Assembly (NCBI GenBank): GCA_951406725.2
Contig: OX597830.1
Coordinates: 45,446,001 to 45,510,000 of the forward strand
Length of the DNA: 64,000 nt
Origin: Octopus vulgaris
Taxonomy: Eukaryota
Direction of reading: 5' to 3'
This document shows positions 13,284 through 27,470 of this stretch, piece after piece. Each line of letters starts with the position of its first letter. Within the stretch, counting starts at the first letter, position 1. The position numbers were made by a program, and so were the translations under genes. A model generated the notes under the pieces. It saw only the letters and a program-made list of their open reading frames with translations, had not been told where the DNA came from and searched no databases.

Positions 13284-16200
13284 CTGCAATATTTTAAGCA
13301 AAACTTTTCTTGTTCTGTACCTTACCAGGTGTAATAACTTGTCCTGTACTTTTCCAGATTTATTATCTTAAGAATATTATTTCTCTTGCTCGCATTCTTC
13401 CATGTAATAGACTTATGTAGAATTTATCTGGTCTTTTTACTCAAAACTCACACATATGTGAACGCACACACATGCACACACAAACACAAGATGATGAGGG
13501 ATCATCTGTACCAGTGTTATATTGGGGTATAATTGAGGTGTTGTAATAGATTGCATCATAGATTGAAGTGAAGTGTGTTGTGAAGTGTTACTTACCACTC
13601 ACTCGAGTGAGGGTTGCCCATCTTGTGACAACATTGGAAGTATTTGATAGTATCCTGTCGGTGCAATAAACATTCAAATTTCAAAATGTTTATACAAAAT
13701 AATGATCTCTGATTTAGGCATAATTTTGAGGGGAGGGGATTTGTTGATGCTATCCACCCCAGTACATAATTGATTCTTTATTTTATCCACCCTGAAAGGA
13801 TAAAATAAAAATATTCAATATAAAGATTACGGAGATGAACTCGCATAGCAAGTGATTTGATCTGAGATTGTGGGCTGAAACGAAAACAATTGCAGCGTGG
13901 AAGGTGTTTGTAAGCCATTTAAGAAACACACAAAAGCCGTTCAATTCACTTCAACATTTAAGTTTAACAAATTAAACTTAAATGTTGAAATGAATCGAAC
14001 GGCTTTTGCGTGTTTCTTAAATGGCTTACAAACACCTTCCACGCTGCAATTGGATTCAATATAAAATTGAATTCAAATAAAGTATAACAAATTTCTCACT
14101 TGTATCAATACAGACATCCATTTGCATTGGTGAAAGATTTTATTTTTCAAATTCTTGTTGAAATGTGGGAGTCTGTGAGAGGAAACCCACTTTTTAATGA
14201 CTTATATGTTGCATGGAAATCATTAAATTTGAAATAAACGGGAAATACATTTCAAATTATGGAATTCCAGTTATAGTAATATTTTCAAGAATGTAATACT
14301 CCTAGAAGATGGGGCAATGTTTGAAACCAGAATACTGTTTTTATTATCAGTTAATGAGTGATGTAACGTTTGTTGATATTAAAAATTGACAAGTGTCTAT
14401 CATGACAACAGTCGCGTTAGTATCGTGTAACAAATAAGTTCAGAATTATCTCCCTTTGGACGGCAATCGGTCATGAGGGCGAGAGAAACGCAGATACACT
14501 GTCAATAGCATTTAAGAGATAGCCATTCAGTATTAAAGATGTTGTGTACATTAGGCATAGGGTGAGATGGTGGGGTTACAGAAACGTTGGCAACCGTTTT
14601 TTCTACATGATTGCTCTACCTGCTGCAAATAGCAGCCAAATCCCTCTTGAAAAAGAATGATACATTGGATTGTATGATCTATGGTGCAGTATATTGAAGA
14701 AACAGACAGAATATTAATAGTTGGAATGGCATTGACCATAGGTCTAATCAATCAGGGATTGAGTAGGCTTATGTAGAAGTAAACAACACACCCATATTCA
14801 TATACACGTGCAAGTACACATACATGTATGTGGTGGCTGTACACTCGTAAATTGTTTGGTTGTTGTTTGTTTAACCTATGTGCCCGCTAAAGTGTTCGCA
14901 TTTAAATGGCAATCTCAGTTTAACCTGAAGGATAATGTAAGTTTTCAGGGAACAATCATCATCGTCATCATCAACCTTTAACGTCCATTTTCCATGCTGG
15001 CATGGGTTGGCTGGCTTGACAGGAACTGGCAAGGCCAGTGGCCACCCTAGGTTCCATAGTCTATTTTGGCATGGTTTCTACAGCTGGATGCCCTTCCTAA
15101 TCACCAACCACTTTGCAGAGTGTACTGGGTGCCTTTTACATGGTACCTTGGTCTTCAGATATCAATTCTGTTGTGGTGGGTGGGGTTTCTTGAGTACAGC
15201 AATGAGCCACATATCTCAATTCTCTCACATTTCCGTAAGATTCAGCATTTTCCTCCCATGTCTTTCCTTCCACAACTTCCCAGCTTTTCTTCATGCAATT
15301 ATCCCCATCCATCTGCATCACATGACCAAACCAGTGCAATCTCTTCTCTTGCACACTGCGTATAATTCCTCTTATTTCCAACTTCCCTTTCAATACATCG
15401 GTGCTCTGTCACACATGAACACTGACACTGTACATCCAATAGAGCATACCAGCTTTGTTCCTCTCCAGCTTTCTTTTGCCCTCTATATTCATTACCACAT
15501 CTCACCACCATGCACCATCACAGTTCATACATATAGATCATACAATCTTCCCTTCATTCGGAGAAAGAGACCCTTGGCTGCCAACAGAGGTAAAAGCTCT
15601 CTGAACTTCCTCCACCCTAATCTTACACTTTATGTACAACCTTCTCCACTGCTTATTAGGCCACTTAAGTAGCAAGTGGTATCTACAACTTCCAGAGAGC
15701 CATCGGGGATTTTGAGAAAATTAGTTTCCCATGTATCTGTGGCCTTTATGGCTCCTCTACACACAAACACTAATTTCTCTGCCACCCTTCCTACTATTCC
15801 GCTACACCCCCTTTGTGTCCATAGCTTGCACTGGGTACACCAAATGGAATTTCTACATACACCCTTTACTTGAAAGGTGAAGTATCCTGTCCAATTTCTT
15901 GCTTAATAGAACCTTGGTCTTTGCTAAGTTTATTTTAAGACCTTTTGATTCCAGGTTCTGTTTCCACACCTGGAATTTCTTTTCTAATTCTATTGCAGAT
16001 ACTGTTATGAGGGCAAGATCCCCAACATACAGTAATTCCCATGGGCTTCCAGTCTTAAATCCCTCTGTTATGGCCTAGAGGACAATGATAAATTGGAGGG
16101 AGCTCCCTAAAGAACAAACTTTGGTGTACACCTACCTGTACCCTAAATTCATCACTGTACCCATGGCCAAATCTTACCTTACTAACAGCACTTTTGTACA

Positions 16201-19200
16201 TGGCCTGTACTGCTTTCACAAGCCATCTGTCTATCCCAAGCTTCCTCAGAGAGCACCATATCATAGAGTGAGGTACTCTGTTGAAGGTTTTTTCTAGATC
16301 AACAACTGCCAAGTACAACAGCTTGTTCTTAGCTAAATACTTTGCTTGCAGTTGCCCGACCATGAAAATAGCATCAGTGGTTCTTCTTCCTGGGACAAAG
16401 CTGAACTGCATTTCCTCTGGTCTAATTCTGTTCCTAATTAACTGGGCTATAACTCTCTCTGTAACTGTCATCACTTGGTCCAGCAATTTGATGCCTCTAC
16501 AATTATTACTTCTATCCAAGGCATCTCCTTTGCCTTTGACTATGATACTGTTGCTCCAGTCCATGGGGATTACACCATTAAGAATAACTTGATTAACTAT
16601 ATGGGTGACTAGACTGTGTCCAATTCTACCAGATATCTTGAGCATCTTAGCAGTGACTCCTGATGGACCAGAGGCTTCCTTGTCTTTATATCTCTAATTG
16701 CCTTATTTATCATACTGCTGTCAACTGGTCCCTCTGTTGGGTTCACGTAAGGAAGATTCCCTTTCTCCCTTTCATTCTCTACATTGAATAGCCTTTCATA
16801 GTAGCTCTTCTTTTGAGGATCACTAAGAGCAAGTGTACCATTATCTGCCTGTACACACTTCTCCCCAACGTCATGATTCTCTCAAAAACACTCTCTGGCA
16901 ATCTGCAACACCTCAAGTCTCTGATATTCATGTTTTCCAAAATGGCCATTGAAGTCTCCTGCCATGATGAGAATGTCATTGTTTATCATCATTAAGGTAA
17001 TCTGCAGAAAGGATTGCAGATAACCTATTTCTTTACTACCCACAAAGGGCTAAACGCAGAGAGGACAAACAAGGACAAACAAACGGATTAAGTCGATTAT
17101 ATCGACCCCAGTGCGTAACTGGTACTTATTTAATCGACCCCGAAAAGATGAAAGGTAAAGTCGACCTCGGCGGAATTTGAACTCAGAACGTAACGGCAGA
17201 CGAAATACGGCTACGCATTTCGCCTGGCATGCTAACGATTCTGCCAGCTCGATTGCAGATAACCATTGCAGTCATGGTCATGCTGAAGTAATACCTTTCT
17301 CTTCTTATATTTTTTTTAAAAGTCATTGAATGTCATTTTTATTTTGTTTCTTTACCATTCATAATTACATTTTTCTGGAAATTTAAGCAATTTCTTTAAT
17401 GTACCCTTTAAATATGAACAGAGTATCTCACTCTTGAGCCCATCCCTCTGAAGGTCTAAACTCAGACTATTTCTTCCTGAGAAAATTGTAGGGAAGACTA
17501 GTTGATTCCAGTATTGAAATGGTTCCTTATTTATTGACCTAGAAAGAATGTTAATCAAAGTTGGCCCATGATGAATCTGAACTCAGACCTCACAGAGCCA
17601 GAGCTGGTCTGCCAACTTGTTGTTTTCTAAGAACATTATAGAAATTATTTTAAGAGTTACGTACTTAATGAGTTGATAAACAGTACACACACACAGCCCA
17701 AATTCTTTACCTACTGAAGACCAATAAGTTATCATTAATTATCTTTCCTTACCAGTTGATAATGATGGCCAAAAGAAAAAAACGTTTCCTCTCTTAAAGA
17801 AAATTGTTCGTGAAGAAGGAATGTAAGTAGGAACTTTTATCATCTATAAATCTGATCACAATTGAATCTTCCAGGCTCTTACCAGGGTTTCATTAGACAC
17901 AACTGAAGCAGTATTAAATTAAATCAGACATCTGTGTATCATATCTAATGTATATACACCATTGATAGGCCAGTTATTGCATGATTCATCTTGAGATGCT
18001 ATCTCTTATGGGTGTGGTGCATTAAAAACACAATAAATATTGGAGGGAGACAATAAATTGCTTTTGCAGTGCATTTTGGCATTTTGGGGCCCTATTAGCA
18101 GTGAAAATATATACATTGATTATGATACATAGATGGCCATTTTAACTTCATACTGTTTCAATAGCATATACTGGATTTTTATTCAGCTGGGCAACTACTT
18201 GCAACATCAGTGAATGTTTTTTTCACTGTTTCCAATATCATCTGACATGGTTGCAAATAAACATCATTGGAAACGCTTAGAAATGCATCTGGCACTCTCC
18301 CTGACCACAGCTGGGATGATTGTTTTTGTCTCCTTCCAATATTTATTGTTTTTAACTCAGCATATCCATAAGACATGTTATAGCAGGACAAATACTGCAC
18401 TAACTTGCCTATCACTGGTATATATACATTGAATATGATAGATATTACTCTTACTCTTTTACTCTTTTACTTGTTTCAGTCATTTGACTGTGGCCATGCT
18501 GGAGCACCGCCTTTAGTCGAGCAAATCGACCCCGGGGCTTATTCTTTGTAAGCCCAGTACTTATTCTATCGGTCTCTTTTGCCGAACCGCTAAGTGAAGG
18601 GGACGTAAACACACCAGCATCGGTTGTCAAGCAATGCTAGGGGGACAAACACAGACACACAAACACACACACAAACACACACACATACATACATATATAT
18701 ACATATACATATACGACAGGCTTCTTTCAGTTTCCGTCTACCAAATCCACTCACAAGGCTTTGGTCGGCCCGGGGCTATAGCAGAAGACACTTGCCCAAG
18801 ATGCCATGCAGTGGGACTGAACCCGGAACCATGTGGCTGGTTAGCAAGCTACTTACCACACAGCCACTCCTGCTGTTGTGTTTGTTTTGTAGAGTTTCAT
18901 AAATAAATCTCCAATTCCATTGTAATCCTCCATTTTGTCAGGTTATCAATATTTATCATTTCCACTTTAAATACTGTTAGATTATAATAACCCCTGTGCA
19001 GGTGGCACATAAAAAACACCACTTGAGCATGGCCGTTGCCAGTTCCACCTGACGGGCCCTTGTGCCGGTGGCACGTAAAAGCTCCCACTACACTCTCAGA
19101 GTGGTTGGCATTAGGAAGGGCATCCAGCTGTAGAAACTCTGCCAGATCAGAATGGAGCCTGGTGCAGCCATCTGGTTCACCAGTCCTCAGTCAAATCGTC

Positions 19201-22200
19201 CAACCCATGCTAGCGTGGAAAGTAGACATCAATTGATTGATGATGATGATGACTACAGGCATAAGGTCTGAAATTTTGGAGAATGGGGGGTAGTCAATGA
19301 CATTAACTCCAGTATGTAACTGGTACTTATTTCATCAAACCCAACAGGATGAAAAGCAAAGTTGATCTTGACAGAATTTGAACTCAGAACTTAAAGATGA
19401 ATGAAATGTCACTGAGCACTTTGCCTGGCGTGCTAACGATTCTGCCAGCTTGCCGCCTTAATAAAGCAAACAGATATTTACCGTCAAAATAATATTCAGT
19501 GATACCTATATAAACAAAAAACTTATAGATATTTTCTATATCCATATAGGCACAGGTGTGGGGCCAGTGTCTTTTACTATAACCTCAGGCCAACCAAAGC
19601 CTTGTGAGTGGATTTGGTAGATGGAAGTTGAAAGACGCTTGTCATATGTATGTATATATGTATGTAGATGTCTGTGTGTTTGTATTTGTCCTCCACACCA
19701 CCGCTTGACAACTAACATTGGTGTTTACATCCCCATAACTTAGGGGTTCAGCAAAAGTGACTGATAGAATAGGTTCTAGGCTTACAAAGAATAAGTCCTA
19801 CAATAGATTTGTTCGACTAAAGGTGATGCTCTAGCATGGCTGTAGTCAAATGACTGTGTCAAGAATAAAAGAATATTCATATAATCTCTAGATATGTTCT
19901 GGAGTTCATTGTTGCAATAAAATGTAACACTTTAATTTAAGTTAATTCCTTGATAGAAATTAATATTTCTGTAAAAATGCTTTTTTGACAAGGCACATGT
20001 TTTTACTGAGACAAACATTTGTCTTGAGGTAATTAGTTGATTTAGAAAGATATCACAAATCCAGGTTGATTTGTTTCTTCGTTAAGATAAAACATTGCTG
20101 ATGAAATAAGAGAAGGTGGATAAAACTGGTCTGTGAAATATTTATGAGCGTGATAGAAAGGAGATGCAAGTGTAGTAATTCTTTCTAATGTAGGCACAAG
20201 GTTAGCAGTTAGCAACTTTGAAGGGACGGGTATTAGTTTGTATCATTAACCCCAGTTTTTGACCCTGGAGGGACAAAAAGTGAAGTTGACCTTGGTAGGG
20301 TTTGATCTCAGAATGTCAGGATTCAAAATAAGTGCAACAAAGCATTTTCTCCAGCACTCTAATAATTTTACTACTTTCGGCCCACAAAAACATTAATGAT
20401 AGTTACATTTAAGTAAAAAAAAAAAAAATCATTTTCTTTATTATATCATTTTCAAGTAAATAAATCTTAAATATTTTTTTCAATGTTCTCAAAAATTTTC
20501 TCAGTTTTGCAGTCTATCGGGGTTTCCGTTCGACAATGCTCACCCTGTGGTCCTCTTACTTAATATATTTCTATGTATTCAACACCCTTAAGAGCATAGT
20601 CCCCACAGACAAGCAGAACTGGTTTTCTCTGAAATATCTTCTATTTGGCTATTTGGCAGGTAAGTTAAATATTCATATTTCTTATTGATAAATCGACACT
20701 AAATATTGATATGAAACTAAATATCTGGTCGATAAGTACTGACTACTACAACTGTTTAACTAAGGAACCTCTATACGGTGACTCGATCTGCTGGAAATAG
20801 CTTGGCAAATCCCTCCTCAAATCACATCCTACACATTGGATAATTGTTGTGGAAGGATTTCAGCCACCCCTGAAGTGACTAAAAGCTGGACTGTTATTAA
20901 ATAAAAGGTGGCGAGCTGGCAGAAACGTTAGCATGCCAGGCGTAATGTGTAGCCATATTTCGTCTGCCGTTACGTTCTGAGTTCAAATTCCACCGAGGTC
21001 GACTTTGCCTTTCATCCTTTCGGGGTCGATGTAATCGACTTAATCTGTTTGTCTGTCCTTGTTTGTCCCTTCTGTGTTTAGCCCCTTGTGGGCAGTAAAG
21101 AAATAAGTTATTAAATAAAGAATTGTGTGCAATTGGCAGTTCGTGTTGGCAGCAGTTCACTGTGAGCCTTTGATAGAGAATGTTGAGTCCCGTGTAATAG
21201 TAATAGCAGTGCATCATGAATATACTTTCTTCCTCTTGTTATATATCCAATACAAGGAGGTAAAAGTGATGTTGGGTTGTTTGAAGCTTGCGTTGGACAT
21301 TTAAAATATTTTTGTTTTGGTACAAAAACCAAAGAAAAAATCATTTTAACATGGAAGACTTATTGGCCTCCTTGGTGCAGTTGCAACAGCAACAGCAGCA
21401 GCAGCAGCATCTACAACAACAAAACCAACAGTTGCTAGAATTAATGCTAAAGAAGTCTGAAAATACTTCAGGTTCATTCTCGCCAGACAGCAAACTCAAT
21501 TGGAGAATTCAAATACAATCCAGAAGGAAGTATTGCCTTCTCTGCATATTTTCGTAGATACGAAGAAATCTTCAGAGTAGAGTGTAAAAATTAGTCCGAC
21601 GTGAAAAAGTACGACTACTTATAAGAAAGTTATTCCCTGCCAAACATGAAAAATATAGCAACTATATTCTGCTGAAGAAAACAGGTGAGATCTATTTTGA
21701 TGAAATAATATTTTATTGAAAATTTTCAATGGAAGAAGTTCCCTGTTCAATACTCGCTGGCAATATTTAAATTTGGTTAAAAAAGATGATGAAGATTTCA
21801 TCATCTATGCCAGGGTGGTTAACAGAGAGTGTGAAAATGAGTTGACCTCAGAGACATTCATGTTTTTAATTTTTGTACAAGAGCTTACTGCAAACAAAGA
21901 TGCAGATATACATTCCTAGATATTAACAAAATTAGAACCAAAATTTTACTCTGCAGGCAGTAACAGAGGAATGTCAAAGGATTATTATTAATCTTGTACA
22001 TGATGCAGGTAAATTTGAAGAGAAAGCTTGTTCTCAGATTCAAGTGTGTCGATGGGTAACGAATAAAGAGACAAAAAAAATCAAGACCAAACCCATGTTA
22101 TGGGTGCGGTGATCTACATTTTAAAAATATAAAATACTACAAATATGGTAAAATAGGCCATAAAAAGTCACATTGTAGGGCAGAACCTAAAAAATGGCTT

Positions 22201-25200
22201 AACAGAAAAAAATCATGTAAACGGACTTTTGGTGACAAAAAATATGAGCAAGCCTCAAAGAAAGTTTTGTGTATGTAAAAATTAATAAAATCAACGTAAA
22301 GTTGCAATTGGGTATAGGCAGCAACATCTCAATAATTAACACAGATACATGGAAAAAGATTGGGAGACTTAAATTAAATGAAACCTTGAAAATCGCCTGT
22401 GGTGTTTCAGGAAAAAAATTATGCTTTAAGGGCAAATTGATAGGTATATTACATTTCGTAAAAAAAACCTTAAATAATACAACAAACTTGTTTGGTACTG
22501 ACTGGATGAAATTGTTTAACTTGTGGGATTTCCCCATAAATCTTTTTTGTAAAAAGGTAAAAGATTTTTCCTCCAGTACAAATTGATAAAAAAACATTTT
22601 TTAATATTTTTCTTGAAAGTCTGTCCAATAAAGTAGGTTTGTGTACCAAAACAAAGGTGTGGTTTAAAATACAAGGAAACACCATACCAACATTTAAACA
22701 GAACTGAACTGCACCATTCACAGCATTAGAACAGATAAACTTAGAGAGACTAGAAAAAATTGTAGTTAACCAAAAAGTGGAATATTCTAAATGGGCAGTA
22801 CCAACTGTGTTCGTTAAGAAAAAAGTAATAAAATCTGAGTGTGTGCTGATTTTTTTCCACTGGAATTGAACCCTAAGTGTAAGAGATATTAAAACTCAAA
22901 GCAGAGTTCAATTCTCAAAGGGGGAGAAGATAGGAGAAACTGATTCTAAAAATGGTAGATGTTGTGGAAGAATTTCAGCCACCCCTCAAGTGACTAAAAG
23001 GTGGACTGACTCATTGTTATAAAGCAAAGAACTGTGAGCAATTGGCAGTTTGTTTTGGTAGCAGTTCATTGTGAGCCTTTGATACAGAGCGGTGAGTCTC
23101 ATGTAATAGGAACAGTAGTGCATTGTGTATGTACCTTCTTCTCCCCTGCTTCATTATATTATATATCTAGTACAAAGATGTAAAATAAGATAGTCCAAAT
23201 CTGAAAAATTTTTTTAAAAACTCAAAAAATATAATGGTCACAATCTTTAATCATTAGTCTTACTTAATTAGGATTAAACTGGGGCTAAACAACACCAGTA
23301 CTGTCATTGAACTGTTAAAGATCACACTCTCATTTCATTCCATATTTAATTCCTCACTTGGGTCTCACTTAGAAGCCCTCAATTCTATTTTTGATCATCC
23401 CAAATTTTTTCTTAATATTACCTTTAAAATCAATTTTTCAAATTTTAAAGTAAATCTGCTATTGTCAACATAAAGATATTGATTTAATGAAAAGAATTCT
23501 TTTTTTAAATAACTCCGTTATTTAAAAATTAATTTATTCTTTTTTTCTTTTCAGCTGTAGTCAATGTGCTGATAACTACACCTTTCTGGAGTGCTTCAAC
23601 CCGATTAAGGATGCAAGGAGTAAAACTTGATAGCCCAAAATTTAAATATAACAAACAGAAACAACTGTATACTGGCATTTTGGGTAATTATTTTAACAAA
23701 CCTAACTTTTACCTCCGCCTTAGCAAAGGCAGATGTATTGTTGACCTTATAATCTTACAGATCTGAAGTTTGGATATTACAGTTAAAACTTCTAAGTAAC
23801 ATTTCAAAATCTGAGTGTTTATTTGGATTTAATATTCCGAAATATGGATATATCAGTTAGGATAAGAATTAAGTCACATTTAGCATTTCAAAATAGTCAT
23901 TTATTTTGGATGTAAATTTAGTATTTCAAAGTATGGAACATGGTCGTGCGGTTGATAAGTTTGCAGCCACAAAGGTCTGAGTTTGTTCCTGTTGTATAAG
24001 TCTATGAGCAGGGATCTTCTAATATAGGCTCAAACCAACCTATCCTTCATAAGTAGAAGTGCTGGATGAAAACTGTAGGAAGCTCACTATACACATATGT
24101 ATGTGCGCGTGTGTGTGTGTGTGTGAGAGACCTCCTATAAATTTGATGCTGTTTGCGTGCTGCATAAAAACAATGTCCCCATCTATAGGGCAAAAATATG
24201 TTTGGCCATTGAGCTGTTTGCTCTTCAAAGGACAAGGAGAAATAATGCCTTACTAAGAAAAACAAGGGTTGGTGATAAGAAGAGGATCCAGCTACAGAAG
24301 ATGTGCCTCAATAAGTTTCACCTTTGCCAGTATGGAAAAATAGGTATTAAAATGAAGAGGACGATGATTATGGTGGTGGTGGCGGCAGTGGCTGCTGCTG
24401 TTGCTGTTCTTGTTGTTGTTAGACTCATCATCATCATCATCATCTTCATCATCGTTTAATGCCTGCTTTCCATGCTAGCATGGGTTGGGCAGTTTAACTG
24501 GGGTCTGGGAAGCCAGAAGGCTGCACCAGGCCCAGTCTGATCTGGCAGTGTTTCTACAGCTGGATGCCCTTCCTAACACCAACCATTCCGAGAGTGTAGT
24601 GGGTGCTTTTTACTTGCGACCGGCACAGGGGCCAGATGAGGCTGGCAATGGCCACGATCGGATGGTGCTTTTTATGTGCCACTGGCACAGAGGCCAGTCA
24701 GGGCGGCGCTGGCTATGGCCACGTTTGGATGGTTCTCTTATGTGCCCCCAAGTCTGGTATCACAGCTACAATTTCCATTGATGTTGATTGATTACGATTA
24801 CGATTTTGATTTTTGATTTTCACTTGACTCCACAGGTCTTCACAAGTAGAGTTTTGTGTCCCAAGAAGGAAAGGTATGCATAAGTGGACTGGCTACATCC
24901 CAGGTAGAGGCCACGGGTTATGGTCTCATTTGTCCTGCCAGGTCTTCTCACGCACAGCATACTTCCAAAGGTCTCGGTCTCTAGTCATTTCCTCGGTGAG
25001 ACCTAAAGTTCGAAGGTCGTGCTTCACCACCTCATCCCAGATTTTCCTGGGTCCACCTCTTCCACAGGTTCCCTCAACCGCTAGGGTGTGGCACTTTTTC
25101 ACACAACTATCTTCATCCATTCTCGCCACATGACCATACCAGCGCAAACGTCTCTCTTGCACACCGCAACTGATGCTTCTTAGGTCCAACTTTTCTCTCA

Positions 25201-27088
25201 AGGTACTTACACTCTGTCAAGTATGAACACTGACATTACACATCCATCGGAGCATACTGGCTTCATTTCTTTCGAGCTTACGCATATCCTCAGCAGTCAC
25301 GGCCCATGTTTCACTGCCATGTAGCATGGCTGTTCGTACACATGCGTCATACAGTCTACCTTTTACTCTGAGCGAGAGGCCTTTTGTCACCAGCAGAGGT
25401 AAGAGCTCTCTGAACTTTGCCCAGGCTATTCTTACTCTAGCAGTTACACTTTCAGCACACCCGCCCCCGCTATTGACTTGGTCACCTTGGTAACGGAAGC
25501 TATCAACTATTTCTAGTTTTTCTCCCTGGAATGTGGCAGAAGTTGGTCTCTGTGCATTTTCAGTGTTTATTGCTCCTGAGCATCTGCCACATACAAAAAC
25601 TATCTTCCTAGTTAGCCTTCTTTTGACATTGCTGCACCTCTTATGTGTCCATAGCTTACACTTGGTGCATCTTAGAGAGTTTCTACCTACGCCTTTTCTA
25701 CAGATCGAGCAGGGCCATCTACCTGAAGGCGTTTGTGATTTGTCTACCTTCCTACTTATTAGGACTTTGGTTTTAGCTAGGTTGACTCTAAGGCCCTTCG
25801 ATTCCAATCCTTGCTTCCACACCTGAACCCTCTCCTCCAGTTCTGATAGTGACTCAGCAATTAGAGCAAGGTCATCAGCATAGAGGAGCTCCCAGGGGCA
25901 TCCTGTCTTGAATTCCTCCGTTATTGCCTGGAGGACTATGATAAATAGGAGGGGGCTGAGGACTGAACCTTGGTGGACCCCTACCTCTACCCGGAATACC
26001 TTCACTGTACTCGTTGCCAACCCTCACCTTACTAACAGCATCCCTGTACATGGCTCGCACAACTCTCACTAGCCATTCATCTATCCCTAGTTTCCTCATT
26101 GACCACCAGATAAGGGATCGGGGGACACTGTCAAAGGCTTTCTCCATGTCAACGAAAGCCAGGTACAGAGGTTTATCTTTGGCTAGGTATTTCTCCTGCA
26201 GCTGTCTCACCAGAAATATGGCATCAGTGGTGCTTTTCCCTGGCATGAAACCAAATTGTATCTCGTCCAAGTTGACTCTCTCCCTTATCAGTTGGGCTAT
26301 GACCCTCTCCGTAACCTTCATTACCTGATCCAACAGCTTGATAGCTCTGTAATTATTTGTATCTAGGGCATCACCTTTACCTTTGTAGCAGTTGACTATT
26401 ATACTGCTATACCAGTCATTGGGTATGACTCCTTCGTGTATCACCTGGTTAACTATACGGGTGACTAGGCTATAGCCGACACTGCCAGATATTTTGAGCA
26501 TCTCTGCAGTAATTCCTGATGGGCCTAGGGCTTTCCCTGTCTTCATGCTTCTAATTGCCTTAACTACTAAAGAACTGTCATTGCTAATTATAAGTTTATT
26601 TACATTTAGCTTCTTTGTTGAATACGTTATTTTTTTAACTCTCTTTTTGCAGATGTCATCCATGATGTTATCAAGAGAGACGGTTTTCTTAATTTGTGGA
26701 ATGGAAGCCTAGCATCTTTTGTTTTAGCCTCAAACCCTGCCATCCAGTGTCTTTTTTATGAAACTCCCAAAAGATATCTTCAACATGCTTCAGGAAAACA
26801 GGTTTGCATTCTGCAATGATAAACTGAGTAAACTACTTATAAAAAATTAGACTGTTTTGCATATATTTTTTTGATTTCATTTATCTGTATATTTTTTTCT
26901 TATTGTTTATTTGCTGTTAATAATAATGGTTTTAAATTTTGTCACAAAGCCTGAAATTTGGGGGTAGGAAGCAAGTCAATTACATTGACCCCAGTGCACA
27001 ACTGGTACTATTGTATCAACCCCAAAAAGATAAAAGGCAGTCTTCCCCAAGATTTCAGGCCTTGTACTTAAAATAGAAAGGATTATTA

Positions 27089-27140
<52 letters not shown>

Positions 27141-27437
27141 ATTATTATTATTATTGTCGTCATCATCATCATTAATATTATTAATATTATTATTATTAAT
27201 GTGGTGAGCTGGTAGAATTGTTAGCATGTCAGACAAAATTTTTTGCAGTATTTCATCTGTTTTTGTGTGTTCTGAGTTCAAATTACACTGAGGTTGACTT
27301 TGCCTTTCATCCTTTCAGGGTTGATAAAATAGGTACCAGTTGCACACTGAGGTCAATTTAATCGACCAGTCTCTTTCCACAAAACTTTAGGTCTTATGCC
27401 TAAGAGTAGAAAGGATTATTATTATTATTATTATTAT

Positions 27438-27470
<33 letters not shown>

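Noticed and set aside
15007-15672. 221-aa plus-strand ORF
   Set aside because: Antisense frame of the decayed RTE LINE
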